Shown: in pieces, positions 43,170-58,020 of the stretch | How positions within the stretch are numbered: position 1 is the first letter of the stretch | How the letters are laid out: the number at the start of each line of letters is the position of its first letter | Assembly (NCBI GenBank): GCA_965153355.1 | Contig: OZ231126.1 | Location: 42,160,001 to 42,224,000, forward strand | Direction of reading: 5' to 3' | Source of the DNA: Flaccisagitta enflata | Taxonomy: Eukaryota | Length of the DNA stretch: 64,000 bases | Notes under the pieces: generated by a model | What the model was told of the DNA's origin: nothing | Database searches by the model: none | The model's input: the letters and a program-made list of their open reading frames with translations, nothing else | Program-made: the position numbers and the translations under genes

Positions 43170-43905
43170 TGATTTGTCGCACTTCTTGATGGCGCAGCCT
43201 CACAAGATTTTAGTACAAGTTAACTAGATGTGTAATCCACTTACAGTTCAAATTTCATCCACCTGCGACTATATTAACCTGCATTTTTACTTTTTTTTTG
43301 CTGAGACGTGCTGCAATCCAAGATTTTGGAAAAAAACATTTTGAGTTTTGAGAATTATGAATACGGAAAATTAAGGGCAATTTTGCATTTTCAAAAACAT
43401 GAGCCTCTAGATATTGGATTTTGCCAGAGGCTGATGTTTTTCATTTTTGCATTTTTTTATTTTTTATGCAAATTCATAATTCTCAATGAGATGTGTCAAA
43501 ATGACAAAATTGTGATTTTTCTCTCTAGACTTGATATAGGCCTTGAATTGGCGCACTTCCTGATGGCGCAGCCCCACAAGATTTTAAGACAAGTGAAGTG
43601 GATGTGTAATCTACTTACAGTTCAAATTTCATCCACCTGCGACCATTTTAACCTGCATTTTTACACATTTTTTTCTGAGATGTGTCGCAATCTAAGATTT
43701 TGGATAAAAACATTTTGAACTTTAAAAATTATGAATACGGAAAACTAAAAGCAATTTTGCATTTCCAAAGACATGAGCCTCTAGATACTGGATTTTGCCA
43801 TGGGCTGATGTTTTTCGTTTTTGCATTTTTTTATTTTTTATACAAATTCATAATTTTCAATGAGATGTGTCAAAATGACAAAAATGTGATTTTTCTCTCA
43901 AGACA
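43170..43905 (+). repeat. ~370-bp direct tandem duplication
   Basis: CGCACTTC(T/C)TGATGGCGCAGCC...ACTTACAGTTCAAATTTCATCCACCTGCGAC recurs at ~43178 and ~43552. Confidence 0.9.
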
Positions 43906-46726
43906 TGATTTAAGCCTTAAAGAGCATATTTTTAGGCTCTGAGGGGCCAGTAAGCTCAATTAAATCCAAGGTCTTGCAAAAAAGTAGTCATCGCCATTTG
44001 AGAAAAGGTGCCTGGGCCCCAGGGGTCCTGGGGGACCCCTCATATGAGCAACAAGGATCTCACATGTTCTGTTGCCTTGCATGAGGTGTTAAGGTGATAA
44101 GGTGGGTTGAGTAGGGCAGCACGCCTAAAGGGCTGATATCCTGTAGGACACAGTGGTGAATTTTCATATGTCCAGTTAGGGGGGCTGAGAGGGCCTGATC
44201 ATGCCTGAAAGGGCAAATTTTAGGCCTGAGAGGAAAGATTCAAGGCCTGAGAGGGAAACAGGCCTTGAATCTGAGAAGGCAGATTTCAGGCCTGAGAGGG
44301 CAGATTCAAGGCCTGAGAGGACCGGTTTCAGGTCTGAAAGAGCAAATTTCAGGCCTGAGAGGAAAGATTCAAGGCCTGAGAGGGCAGATTCAAGGCCTGA
44401 GAGGGCAGATTTCAGGCCTGAGAAGGCAGATTTTAGGTCTGAGAAGGCAGATTTTAGGCCTGAGAGGGACTAGGGGGGGACGAACAAACAAACAAACGGA
44501 CAAACGGACGAACGAACGAATGAACGAATGAACGAAAGTCCCCTGTGTTCCACAGGAATTTGTCCCCTTTGGGGCCGCTGCCCAAAAGGGCTAATCTTGA
44601 GCCCTAAGGGATGATTTTAGGCTTATCAGGACTGATTTTACGCCTGTAAAGATTGATTTAAGACCAGTGAAGGGGTGATTTCAACCAGGTGAAAGCTGAT
44701 TTTAGGTCTGTAAGGGTTGATGAAGAGCAGGGAGGGCTGATTTCAGCTAGGTGAGAATTGATGCACACCTAAAAGAGCTGAATTTAAGACAATGAGGGAT
44801 TATTTAGGGCTAAAGAGAGCTGATTTAAGGCCTAAGAAGACTGATTTTAGGCCTAAGAGGATTGATTTAGAGTCTAAATGGAATGATTTTAGGCCTTGGA
44901 GGGTTGATTCCAGGTCTTCAGCTGGATTGAGGCCACAGGCTTTTTGAGGGTTGTCGCGGACAGACAGACAAATAGATGTATAAAGCTTCACCCCTGTGTT
45001 ATATTTGAGGCTGCTGCCCAAACAACATAGTTGAAGTATTAAGCAGACAAAGAGATAAGCAATGAGTCATCCAAGGATCACACAATGTCAGTGGTATCTA
45101 ATACCCTGCTTGGAGTGATCAGCTGAAAAAGTAGCATGAGAATAGGGCAGCAGCGTAAAAGGGCCGATGTCTTTTAGGACACTGGAGTGACCCCGCGTCA
45201 CTTGTTTTTTTCATAACTGGCTGTGTCTGTTGGTCGGTTGGTTGGTTGGTCAGTCTGTCGGTCGGGTAACGCATTCGTTTGACGATCCACACGTCGCACC
45301 TTATTGGCCTACTTGGCCTCGTTCATTCATGAATGCTTTTTGGGCAGCGGCCCCGAAGGGGACGATGTCCTGTAGAACACAGGGGGACTTTTGTCAGTTT
45401 GTTTGTTCGTTTGTTCGTTCTCCGTTCATCCCCCCAGGCCCTCTCAGACCTGAAATCTGCCCTCTCAGCCCTAAAATTTACCCTCTTAGGCCTGAAAACT
45501 GCCCTCTCAGGCTTTGAATCTGCCCTCTCAGGCTTTGAATCTGCCCTCTCAGGCCTGAAATCTGCCCTCTCAGACCTGAAATCTGTCCTCTCATGCCTGA
45601 AATCTGTCCTCACAGGCCTGAAATCTGTCCTCTCAGGCCTAATATCTGCCCTCGCAGACCTGAAATCTGTCCTCTTTGACCTGAGATCTGTCCTCACAGG
45701 CCTGAAATCTGTCCTCTCAGGCCTGTAATCTGCCCTCGCAGATTCAAGGTTGGAGGGATGCATCACTTTTCCTTCCCACCCACATAACAGCCCCCTACCA
45801 CCCACCAAACTGTCCCTGCCCAACAGAATAACTGCTTCTGCCCATTCGAAGCGACTCCGTATCAGTCATGTTTCCGTTCTTGTTTTTGTCCTGTGCAGAT
45901 GTCCAACGTGTGCATATGTTGGTCGGTTGGTCGGTCGGTTGCTTGGCCTTCTATTTGGCTCAGAATTAAGGATTGCTATAGACGGGAAAAGCAGATAAAA
46001 AAACAGTTATCATTCATGACTAAATTGAATGAATGAATGAATGAATGAATGAATATGCAAACAAAGTATAGATGATCGAAGTTATAGACAATTGCTCGAT
46101 GTGTAATCGCAAGCTAAAATCCTAATTATGACATTCAAATAATGACATGATGAGAAAATGAGCAAAAAATGGCTTTTTATTGCTTTTATTAAATTATAAT
46201 AGGGCAATTCAATGTAAAACTTGATGAAAAATAGATATTTTATATAATTATACTTAGTGGCAGTATATTGAAGTATTTTTTAATTGAATATACTTGAAAA
46301 ATATGGAAAAATCTCATCATATTATGAAAATTATTATCAAATATTAAATTATTAATATTTAACTAACTAAAATAGATTTTGCATTAATTGTTTTTGTTTT
46401 GTAACTGGAAAGTGATATACTATGCTACCATGAAGAAAAAAAATGCTTTATGACACTTAAATTTTTTAACCTTGGTGACTACCAAATTTCACGCAATCTT
46501 GCACCGTGTCCTAAAACTGCGATTTTCAAGGAGGCGTAACGGACGGACGGACGGACGGACGGACGGACGGACGGACGGACGGACGGACAGACCCTCTTAT
46601 AGAGATGCGAGGACGCATTTAAAAAAACTTTTTTGTGAAAAAAAATTAGGACAATCAGATAATCGAAAATCGTCGAAAATGAAAAATAAACGAAAACCTC
46701 GGACATGAAACATTGATGATGCATAT

Positions 46727-46783
<57 letters not shown>

Positions 46784-47438
46784 CAATTTACCAGAGGGAT
46801 TTATTTTGTTCCTTTTTTTTTTTTTTAAATTTTTGCATTCTGTTTCATAAGTAGAATCTGCATCACTCGTGTATCGTTTCAGTCAGGGGTTATGTTCAAG
46901 TGAATTGAATTAGAATTTTTTGTTTGTTGTCTATATAAAATGGCCGAAATGAAGTGGTCTCTTTTTAGTCGCGTGCGACGCGACTCTATAAGCCACTTTT
47001 CGGTTGGTCGGTCCGTCAGTCGGTCCGTCCGTCCGTCCGTCCGTCAGTTTAAATCATTTCATGTCACTTTAAGTCATTTTAAGTCTTATTTTTTAAATTC
47101 TGTCTGTTGGGTCATTTTAAGTCATATAATATCATTTAAAGTCATTCAAAATCATTTCCAATCACTGCAGATCAAATAAGTTGATAAAGTCGACGAAGTC
47201 GATAATGTTGATTAGGTCATTCAAGTCATTCAAATCATCTGATAGTCTATAAGTCAATGAATTCAATTTAGTCATCGCTGTGAATTCAGTCATATTGATT
47301 GAGTCAATTTGAAAAATTTAGTTATGGGTCAGGTCAATTCAATTATTTTCATCTCGCACGCGACTTAAAGGTGTTGACCTTGTTTTTTTGCACGCCATGG
47401 TTTCGTCAAAAAGCATGTGGCAGTCAACGAATTGGATA

Positions 47439-48100
47439 GGGGAGGGTGGGGCTATTCGGGACAAAAAAACAACATTTTTCAATTCAAAAAATTTTAAGAT
47501 CAAATTGAAAAATCGGGACTGGTGCCAAAACATAGGTAATTGTTCCCTCTAAAAAGCCAAGTAACAAAAATTATCCTAGGGGCCCCTTAGGGGCCCCTTT
47601 TTTTTATACCAAGTGCTTGTCCCGAATTACCCCACGGCGGGAAATTCGGGACTTAAAGGGTTTTTTTAAAAAAATGGCCCAGAGGGCCAAACCAAGTGAA
47701 CAATAAGAATGAACTGTGTCCCAAATTTCCCGATTTTTTAAAAAGCTTACTATAAAAAAGTAATAAAGCAATTTAAATATTTTTTTCCCTCAAAGTACAG
47801 ATAAATGAGTTATTTCAACAACAAAAGTCGAAAAATAGCAAAAAAAAATATTTTCATGTAGTTATAGCAAAGTTTGAGACACCATTAAAAAATTCAAACC
47901 TGAGAGACATATAATCAAAGTGGTGCTGCTGCTGCTGCGGCAGCAGCAGCAACCTGAATTTTGCAGCGCAACTGCCCCATACCAAGGGTCATAGGTTGAC
48001 CCCATAACCATTGTTCACTTCCATAAAGTTAAGTTTATATGTAGTCATTTATTTAATTTTGTCCCGAATTGCCCCTGTCCCAAATAGCCCCACCTCCCCC
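47439..48100. mobile_element. TA-flanked MITE with GGGG termini
   Basis: TA|GGGGAGGGTGGGGCTATTCGGGACA ... TGTCCCAAATAGCCCCACCTCCCCC|TA. Confidence 0.75.
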
Positions 48101-48189
48101 TACCTAACTTTTTTTTGTCATCCGATGAAATTACTGCTACTCCATATAACTAATGGGATAAGAACGAGAGAGAGAGCGGGAGAGAGAGC

Positions 48190-48244
<55 letters not shown>

Positions 48245-48404
48245 AGAGAAAGAGAAAGAGAAAGAGAAAGAGAGAGAGAGATCCAACACGTGGACCTTGA
48301 AATGTCAAGAGCGCGAGATTAATTAATTGCAATTGCATTAAAGACATTCTCTTGCGCATTTAGTCGATGGATGAAAGCAAGAATGTGGGTTTGAAAGAAA
48401 GAGA

Positions 48405-48470
<66 letters not shown>

Positions 48471-48479
48471 GCACCGACG

Positions 48480-48655
<176 letters not shown>

Positions 48656-48671
48656 ACACACACACACACAC

Positions 48672-48821
<150 letters not shown>

Positions 48822-49627
48822 TCGCACACACACAAAGAGATACTGAACTACTCGTACGAATGATAACGGATAGATAGATGGATAGATAGATTGATTGACA
48901 GATAGGTAGATTAATAGAGAGATAGATAATTGGATAGAAAAATACAGATAGATTAATGGATTGAAGGCGAATGTGAAATGCGGAACCATAGACGGGTCAA
49001 GTTAAGAACGAGATGAAAGGTTAACGATTATACATTTCGTGAAATCGAAAAAAAAGCCAGGGCAAGACGTGTCCAATAGATGCAATAGATGCGTCTTCTT
49101 GGCTACAAGATAACATGAAAGAAATTGTGAGAAAACCCTCAAAAATCGCGTCGAGAATTTCTTGTAACGGACAGACCTTTCTTTCTCCGTGCACATTCTC
49201 TAATTGAGATGCTAGGACGCCTCTAAAATTATAAAAAGCGCAGATGTTGTTCAATTAATCCAACTGAAAGTTGTCTTTGACTTTGTTTTTGTTATGCGTC
49301 ATGCATAAATCTAGCCAGTTTATTCGTTATCATTGTAAATGTTATTGCTTATTCTTTTCGTTTGATTCTTTAAATCCACGTATTTCCAAATTTGGTTCGG
49401 ATTTGCACAAATAGTGGGTTTAAACTGAGAAAGGTGAACACGAATCTAATAATTACACTCATGAATGCATTAGAAATGCGATAATTTTTTCATTCTTTTT
49501 CTTTTTTTTTCTTTTTTTTTTTTTTTGAGCAATGATGCAGAGGCCTTGAAGAAAAATGATAGCCTCTCGCAGGTCGGCATTAAAAAAAAGCACTCATAAA
49601 TTTCACAAGCTGGAGGAGGCAAAGGAC

Positions 49628-49714
49628 CTTAAGTCTTAAGTCTTAAGTCTTAAGTCTTAAGTCTTAAGTCTTAAGTCTTAAGTCTTAAGTCTTAAGTCTT
49701 AAGTCTTAAGTTAA
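49628..49714. repeat. (CTTAAGT)n heptamer repeat
   Basis: About 12 near-perfect units. Confidence 0.95.
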
Positions 49715-50049
49715 GAGCAAGAGAAACGCACGCGCTGCAGCGCGCCTTCAAGTTAAAATACTAAGTACCGTTTCAATATACCACTATTTTAAGCAGTGTG
49801 TTACGCGATTCCACAAGTCACTCTAACCATCCTTCCTTCCGTCCGTGCGCCCGTCCATCCATCCGCCAGCCACCCGTCCGTCTATCTGTCCATCCTTCCT
49901 TCCGTCCGTGCGCCCGTCCATCCATCCGCCAGCCACCCGTCCGTCTATCTGTCCATCCATCCGTCTATCCGTTTGTGGTCCGCAATGCGTCGTTCATGTT
50001 GATTTTCAAGCTCCTCGGTCATTGACAGATTCAGTGGAGTCAAACTGAT

Positions 50050-50283
50050 GGACTACATCACTTGAGTCCTGGACTAAAGCAGTTGAGTTCTGAACAACAG
50101 CACTTAAGTCCTGGACTACAGCACTTGAGTCCTGGACTACAGCACTTGAGTTCTGAACAACAGCAATTGAGTCCTGGACTACAGCACTTGAGTCCTGGAC
50201 TAAAGCACATCATACCACATGAGTTCTGAACAACAGCACTTGAGTCCTGGACTACAGCGCTTGAGTTTCGAACAACAGCACTT
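50050..50283. repeat. 21-bp minisatellite with two alternating variants
   Basis: CAGCACTTGAGTCCTGGACTA and CAGCACTTGAGTTCTGAACAA units. Confidence 0.9.
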
Positions 50284-50379
50284 TTGTCCTGACGTTTATC
50301 TGCAAATTACTTATGTACTGCAATGCTTTTTCGTCACCTCACACGTCAACAAGTGTGCAATCTTGTGTCTGTCAGACAA

Positions 50380-50481
<102 letters not shown>

Positions 50482-50740
50482 CAGTCACTTTAAAAAATCG
50501 CCCTCTCCTCTCTCTCTACAGGGTGTATCAAGTCTTTTGCTCTTTAAGGAATCGACATATCTTTTCTCCTAGAAATGCTAATCCAATTCTGAAAAAAGGT
50601 CTGAATAGATCTTGAAGTGCAGTTTTTTTAAGTCACCAATTTTTTATATCTGCGCATTTAAATATGCCCACTATGTAAGTTTGAAGAAAACAACCATATT
50701 CAGCCTGCATCTTTAATCTGGATAACTTTGGCATAAAAAA

Positions 50741-51074
50741 ATTCTTGAGTCTTATATTGAAAATTGGACGGCTAAAGAAAGGAAACAAGGTAACATATTG
50801 GTAAAAAAAGAAGATTTAGATTTATGGAAAAATGAGATACTAAGAGTAGTAGACAACAAAATAAGTCGAGGTAAAACTTTATTTAAAAGGACCTGGTCGA
50901 AAAGATTAGATGGTAGTCTAGCCACAGAATTGGCAAGATTGAAACAGGATTTTGTCATTACTGTGGCAGATAAAGCTCAAAATAACATTTTATTCACTTG
51001 TAAATATTTTTATATAAAAAACTTAAAGGAAGAATTGACACGACCAGGTCAATTAACCTATCAATTGTCAAATA
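50741..51074 (+). CDS. Penelope-like (Naiad-type) retroelement RT ORF, 5' part; 5'-truncated and interrupted by a DNA transposon
   Basis: Open frame ILESYIENWTAKERKQ...LKQDFVITVADKAQNNILFTCKYFY...TYQLSN. The ADK(A)xNN motif is typical of the region just N-terminal of PLE RT cores. The frame runs into the transposon TIR at 51075. Confidence 0.85.
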
Positions 51075-53201
51075 CACTCAAAAAAAACTTTTTTTTTCTA
51101 ATAATTATAGCAAAAAATTATATCAATCGCGGACGAAATTATACCACATAACAATTATATCGATATTATATCGATATTATATCGAAATTATAATTTTTTT
51201 ATCAAAATTATATCGAAATTATATCGAAATTATATCGAAATTATATCGCAGTGGTGCCATATGGTCAATATAACAGTTTTATTCAACCAATATAACTGTT
51301 TTAAGACAACTTACAACAATTATATTGATAATTATAATAATTATATTTTGGATTATCTAATAATTATACCATGAGCTATAATAGTTAGATCCCAAAATAT
51401 AATAATTATATTTGGTCCGGCGAGCTTAAAAAAAAAACCCAGGCTGGGCACCTGCTTCGAGTAAAATACTCGAAGCAGGTGCCCAGCCTGGGTTTTTTTT
51501 TAAGATCGCTGGACAAAATATAATTTTATCAAAATACTCGAAACAGTGAATTGAAAAAGTCGCATAACAATAAATGGCGCCAATGACAAATTTGTGTACA
51601 ACGTGGTGCATTGTATGAACATTAACACTTTGAATGACGAGAACGAAGCCGTTTCGAAACACTTTCCACCACTGGCACATCAGCTAACTAAACTTATCAA
51701 AACAGACAGATTCTAGATAACGAAGCCATGGTAATCGCATGAAATGTTGAAGCGGAAAAGAAATGGAATTAAACAAAGGGGAGTTTTATTTTTATACAAA
51801 CAAAACAATTGTTACAAGAAGTTACATTTCTTTGTGGGACAAATGAATGTATTTGGCAGGCGTTTTATTGCGGAATGAAATAAACCATAATATAACTGTT
51901 TTATTGCAGTTTTACGCGTGAAAAACTGAGCATTTTGCGACTCTCTCGGGCCATATACTTAAACAAGGCCAACACCTATAAGTCGCGTGCAAGACTTACA
52001 GACTTAGAATGACTTAGAATGACTTTGAATGACTTAGAATGACTTAAAATGACCAAAAACAACTTAAAATGACTAAAAAACCTAATAACCAAAAATGACT
52101 TAAAATGACTTAGAATAACTTGAAGTGACTTAGAATGACTCAAAATGACTTAGAATGACTCAAAATGACTTATAATAACTATTAATGACTTTAAATGACT
52201 TAAAATAACTTAAGAAATGATGTTATATTGTAAAAAAGTAAAGTGTGACGGACCGACGGACCGACGGACGGATGGACCGACGGACGGACCGACGGACGGA
52301 CCGACAAAGCGGGTTGCAGAGTCGCGTAGCACGCGACTAAAAATTGGCAAACGTTCCGGCCGGATCTAACAATTATAATCAGGTGTACGTTGGTGTTGTG
52401 CGGCGGTAAAAAAAGCTCGTAAGATCTAACTATTATAATTAGCGTTACTATGGTTTTATTAAGGCCTAAGAAAACGTTCGCCGGGGATCTAACAAATATA
52501 CTCGACCATTGCCAGTCGGGCTCGCCCCTCACAATTTGACAGAGCCCGAGACAAAAACCTTGAGCCCGGTAAAAATGTTATGCCAAATTTTACAATCATA
52601 TCAGCCTAGATTTGTAAAAGTAGCCAATGACTAAATGGTATAATGATAAAATAATCACTACAAAGATGATTCAGTTTGTGAAAGAAATCAAAAAAATAAA
52701 AAACGACTGAAAACTTGATGATTTTTCAAATATTTAACTCAATCAGCTTGAGCACTTTGAATCCACCCCATTAATGACAGAGAGCCAGCCGGGCTCAGAG
52801 CTTGCAAAACATGAGAGCCCGAGAGCAAAATAGAGAGCACCGGGCTCGCGGGCTCGCTCTAAAATCAGGCCTGATTATACGCCTATTCTACCGCGCACGC
52901 CTTTCCTCGCCTTCCTCAGCGTGCTGTCCATTTTCGTTCTCAGCGTCGATCGAGATTCGTTTTTGCGTCGTCCTTTTGTCCAATTTCGTATTTCCGGCAC
53001 TTGCGCTGAGCTTCCTCGTATCTCGACTGTGGAGAGGATTCTCCGTCGATTCCGATCGTCTTTTTGCGCAAAACGCGTTTTTTGCGCATAACTCGTTTTC
53101 CGCTCGGCGCTCCTTTTTCTCGTCTAGATTTGGTGTCTCCTCTCATCCTGGTCGTTGAGTGGTGGTCGCTGGATATTTTTGCGTTAACAAAGTAGTTCAC
53201 A

Positions 53202-53238
<37 letters not shown>

Positions 53239-53575
53239 AGCTAAATGAGCTAAAATACTCAAAAACGCCCTCACAGATGAAAACCCGTTTCTCTCGAATA
53301 TGTCAAAAAGTCGAAGACTGACTTCGACTTTTTTCCCGATAATTAGCGTTACTATGGATTTATTAAGGCCTAAGAAAAATTTCGCCGGGGATCTAACAAA
53401 TATAATTGGCTCGACCATTGTTTTTCGCGATTGTTTATACACGCTTTTCATTTTATAAGAACATGGATTTCTGAAGTGAGCCTCAGCGTTCTTATTTTTA
53501 GCCCCATTTTGAGGCTCAACTGTTATTAACATTGGTCTCCTTCAAGGCCTATTCTGACCCTAATTCTGCCAAATA

Positions 53576-53911
53576 CCGTATTTTCTCTAAAAAGCGCCCC
53601 GGGCGCTTTTGAAATTGAAATATGACTTTACTTTTTAACCCTCCAATTAGCGCCCCCTTTATATTGTACGTGAACTGTTATTGAGTCTTTTCTTTTTCAT
53701 GAAAGGCTAGCAAATTGCTAAATTTGAGTCAAAATGAATATATTCATTGCATATCTGTCTGAAAATCTTTGAAAATGGTTCATTGTGTTGTATTATTTTA
53801 TCATGTTACTAAATATTTCTGTCCAAATCTCTTCTGTAAAGTGTAATATCAAGAAAAAAAGAGGAGGGGGGCGCTTTTTGGAGGGGGGGGCGCTTTATGG
53901 AGAAGATACGG
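53576..53911. mobile_element. Tc1/mariner-like MITE nested in the large transposon
   Basis: TA|CCGTATTTTCTCTAAAAAGCGCCCC ... GGGGCGCTTTATGGAGAAGATACGG|TA. Confidence 0.8.
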
Positions 53912-54680
53912 TAGCCCAAATCCAAGCAATATGGCCCAAATCTAAGCGAAATGGCCCAATTCCAAGCATAATCGCCCTAATCCAAGCAAAATGGCCCAAA
54001 TCGTTTTAGGAGCTAAAGCTCTGCAAATAAAAGCACTATTTTGCTAAAACCACAACGATACACAGACAGACTAAGACTGAATAACAAGAATCGCACAAAA
54101 CAATGCTCGAGCCGATTATATTTGTTAGATCCTAAGCGAACGTTTTCTTTATCGCATGTAGGATCTAACAATTATACTACCCTTTGCCTATGTAAACTGC
54201 CTAAGTCCTAGTAACATATTACTACATAAATAGGCTATTATCTCATAAACTAGGCTTCAGATTTAATTTGAATTTTGCAGGGGCTGTTTAATTAATATCC
54301 CTTACTTGTATACCAACTAAAAAAAAATTCACATAACTTTACTACCCTTTGCCTATGTAAATCGCCTAAGTCCTGATAACATATTACTACAAAAATAATA
54401 GGCAAAGGGTAGTAAAAGTTTATGAATTTTTTTGAAAATTGGTACACAAGCTCCTATTGACCTATAAACAACACCAGCAAAGTTTCATAAAATTCTGAAG
54501 TCTGGATCCAAAGTTATGAGAAGGTTTTAAACAACAAACAAACAGACTACACGATCACTGCTATCACATAGTCACCGACGAAAACTGTTTGTCGGGGACA
54601 AAAAATAAAATAATAATGGCAGAATGACATACAGTTGAACCTCGCTCTAACGGATTTCAGGGCAGATGCAGAAATAAAGA

Positions 54681-55145
54681 AGTTGGATTTTCGGTTTTCG
54701 AAACGCCCCCACGTTTTTTAACGAGTAAGAAGAAGACGATATCCGATGGAGCTGAAATTTTTACCGTATGATGTCCCTGCCCAGGGGCAGCTCTGTGCAA
54801 AATTTCGTCGAAATCGGCCCAGTGGTTCAGGATTTATAAGCGGCCGAAGTTGACATGCGTTCGGCGAAAAAGTTGGATTTTCGGTTTTCGAAACGCCCCC
54901 ACGTTTTTTAACGAGTAAGAAGAAGACGATCTCCGATGGGGCTGAAATTTTTACCGGATGTTGAGCCTGCCCAGGGCCAGCTCTGTGCAAAATTTCGTCG
55001 AAATCGGCCCAGTGGTTCAGGATTTATAAGCGGCCGAAGTTGACATGCGTTTGGCGAAAGAGTTGGATTTTCGTTTTTCAAAACGCCCCCACGTTTTTTA
55101 ACGAGTAAGAAGAAGACGATCTCCGATGGGGCTGAAATTTTTACC
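54681..55145 (+). repeat. ~190-bp tandem repeat, about 2.4 copies
   Basis: GTTGGATTTTCG...AAACGCCCCCACGTTTTTTAACGAGTAAGAAGAAGACGAT recurs at ~54682, ~54872 and ~55062. Confidence 0.9.
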
Positions 55146-57505
55146 AATTTGTAGCGAGGTATAAAAGCATTGGTATGACTCCAAAGTCCAATGTTATTAA
55201 AACACAATGTTATAAAACACACAAGTCTTTTACCCTCGATTAACTTCCATAGACAGGGTCAGAGGCAGGGGCCTCAAGTCCATGGGTACCCCTGGGGGTA
55301 CTTATGATGCACAGGGGCTAGTAGCCCACGCAGAATAAAACACAAAGTCAAATCAAGGCCTTAGCCTTATATTCAATCAATAATAAAACGAGAGAGCAAC
55401 AGCTATAGGCTTGTAGCCTAAAAATTACCGAACCATGTGGTTGTGAGATGCGGCTGCGTTGACAGGAGGCTGCAGAGTCTCGTCGAGGGTGTTGACGATG
55501 GCGTGAAGTAAGAAGGGTCTCGTGACGTCGAGGAAGTGTTGTTTGAGTTTGTTGTTGGCGTCTCGAGTTCGTGGCCTTCTTGTTGATGAAGCAGCAGCGT
55601 CCGGAAGCAGCAGCAGCTCGTCGTCGAGGATGATGCTTCAGCAGCGTGGACGAGGTGATGCAGAGAGTTGATGAGGACGTCGAGGGTTCGGTAAAGGTGT
55701 CCACAAGACGAATCTGGTGTCTCTATAGTCGGTTGTTTAGGCGTGGTGGACGTCCGAAATTGACGACGCGAATAGCGATTTTCGAGCGATCCGAAAGGGC
55801 ACTTCCGGTTGGCGTAGAGTCACGAAATTTTCAGGGGTGGTAGACGGACCCTTGGAGTGTCTTCAGTTCAAATTTGGCGATCGTGGGACGACTCCTTCGA
55901 GTTCTCGATCAAATTGAAAATATGGGCGGTTTTCGAAGTCAAAAACGAGGATTTTTCCGCCGAGGGAATTTTCCACCTTCCCGTAGTTGCAATTCGATGA
56001 GCTTTGGAATGAAGCTAGTAGAGGTGCTGTAGTAGTTGGGGTTCAAATCTCGTGACGATCGGTTCGCAGGTTGAGCCGCAACAGCTCGTCGAAAACGAAG
56101 TTCGAATGGGCGCTGTTCGAAGGTTGAAAAAGAGTGGATTTCTTCTTTTCCTTCGCGAAGTGGGCGAGTTGTGGACGCTGAAGCGGCTCGTGGAGAGGCT
56201 GGAGAGGCTCGTGGGACGTCGTGGATCCACTGGAGATGCTCGTGGTCCCGTGTATTGGCGGCTCGACTCGATCACATGCGGAAGTAAGACGGGAAGGAAA
56301 ACAGCATGAGTAAGAGACAAATATGTTTGAATGTCTGTCGAGTTGGTCAAGGAGGTAAATGAGTGTTAAATATATTGTTATTTCACTCTGTAACCGGCTC
56401 ACCCAATGGAGTGGGTGCGTTTGCTGGCACCGGAATCCTCCTTAACGCCAAATCCCACAGGCAGTTGGATTCCAGCTTCGCCTGAAGCAGCTCCCGAGGC
56501 CAGCCAAGCTTCAGGACTCCTCTTCTTAGAAATGGACGAAGATAAGCGAAATTGATGTTGAAGTTTGAAGGCGAAACGGATGCGATTTCGACGAGCGACT
56601 GCGGCCGAATGCGTGAAGATATCTTGACAGATTTTGGTGTGGAGATGCCTGAGGACCTCCTCTACGATATCCAACCGTCCGTTCACGATTCATTCATTGT
56701 TTCTGGGGTCAAATTCGCGATCTCGTCGAGGGCCATCGGCGGTCCGAAGGCGAAGAATGGCGAAGGCGAAGCGGATGCGTTTTTGACGAGGTGCTGCGCC
56801 CGAACCGTTTGAAGCGGGGTGCTGATTTTTGGTACAAAGTTGCCTCTGTACCTCTTCTACCACGTCCCACCGTCCGGAGGTCTCAGCTCGACGAATTCGA
56901 TGCGAGAATGAAAGGCCCGTGGGGGGGCCTACGGAGCTCCGGAGGCGAATTTTCGATTGGAAAGAGTGGACGAAAGTATTGTTGTTGACGGCTCGAGGGC
57001 GTCCTCGTGGGCGCTGTCGTCGTCTCCACGCGATGTCAGAAGGTTGGAGAAAGTGACTAGTACTTCTTTTTGTCTTTTAGTCGGTAAAAATTTTTTTACC
57101 GGTAGCTCTGTGTGAAATTTCATCGATGTGGGCCAAGTAGTTTAGGATTTGTGGCCGACCGAAGTTGACTTAAGTTCGGCGAAGAGGATGCGGATTGAGC
57201 GACTCGACGAGGTGCTTGGGGGTCGAGGGTGTTGTTGCTGCTTGGTCTGTCGGTAGAGGGGACCTTGCTGCTGCTTTACCTCGATTCCCAGCTCGATTGG
57301 CGAAGAAATGAGTTGTTGAGCCGCAGTCAAAGTCGGTGGATGCGGAGGCTCGTCGACAGCGATGTTTGAGGGCTTCCACGAGCTGTTGGACGAGAGTAAT
57401 CGTTGCAGTCGCGGTTGGAGCACGTAGTGGTCGACCTGATGTACGTCTGTAGCGATTTGGTTGACGATTGGACTCGAACTCCGCGCTGTAGAGTCGTTTG
57501 AATGT

Positions 57506-58020
57506 GGCGGCGGCGGCGGTTCGTCGAGGACGCGATTAGGATGCGGTTGGCGGGAGACTGGAAGTTCGAGGCGCCGTTAATCGAGTTAGTTCATGTACCC
57601 CTAAGTGTCCTCCGCCTTTTCCCCGCATTTGCCGATCCTGAGTGTCGTGGTGCCGGAGCTAGACGTTGTTGTTGCTGTGGGCGGCGGCGGTTTGTCGGAG
57701 GCGCAGTTGGGATGCGGTTGGCGGGCAGCTGGAGGTTCGGAGGGCCGTGAATCGAGTTGGTTCATGTACCCCTAAGTGTCCTCCACCTTTTCACCGCATT
57801 TGACGATCCTGAGTGCCGTGGTGCCGAAGCTAGACGTTGTTGTTGCTGTGGGCGGCGGCGGTTCGTCGAGGACGGGATGCGGATGCGTTTGACGACGGAC
57901 TGGAGGCTCGTGGCGTCGCAGATCGAAGTGGTTCATGTACCCACAGTTGTGCTTCACCTTTTTGCCGGATTTGACGATCGTGGGTGTTGTACAACCGAAG
58001 TTATATGTTGTTGTCGCCGA
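57506..58020. repeat. GC-rich ~171-bp tandem repeat, 3 copies
   Basis: GGCGGCGGCGGTT(C/T)GTCG...GTTCATGTACCC...TGTTGTTG units at ~57506, ~57680 and ~57851. Confidence 0.85.
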
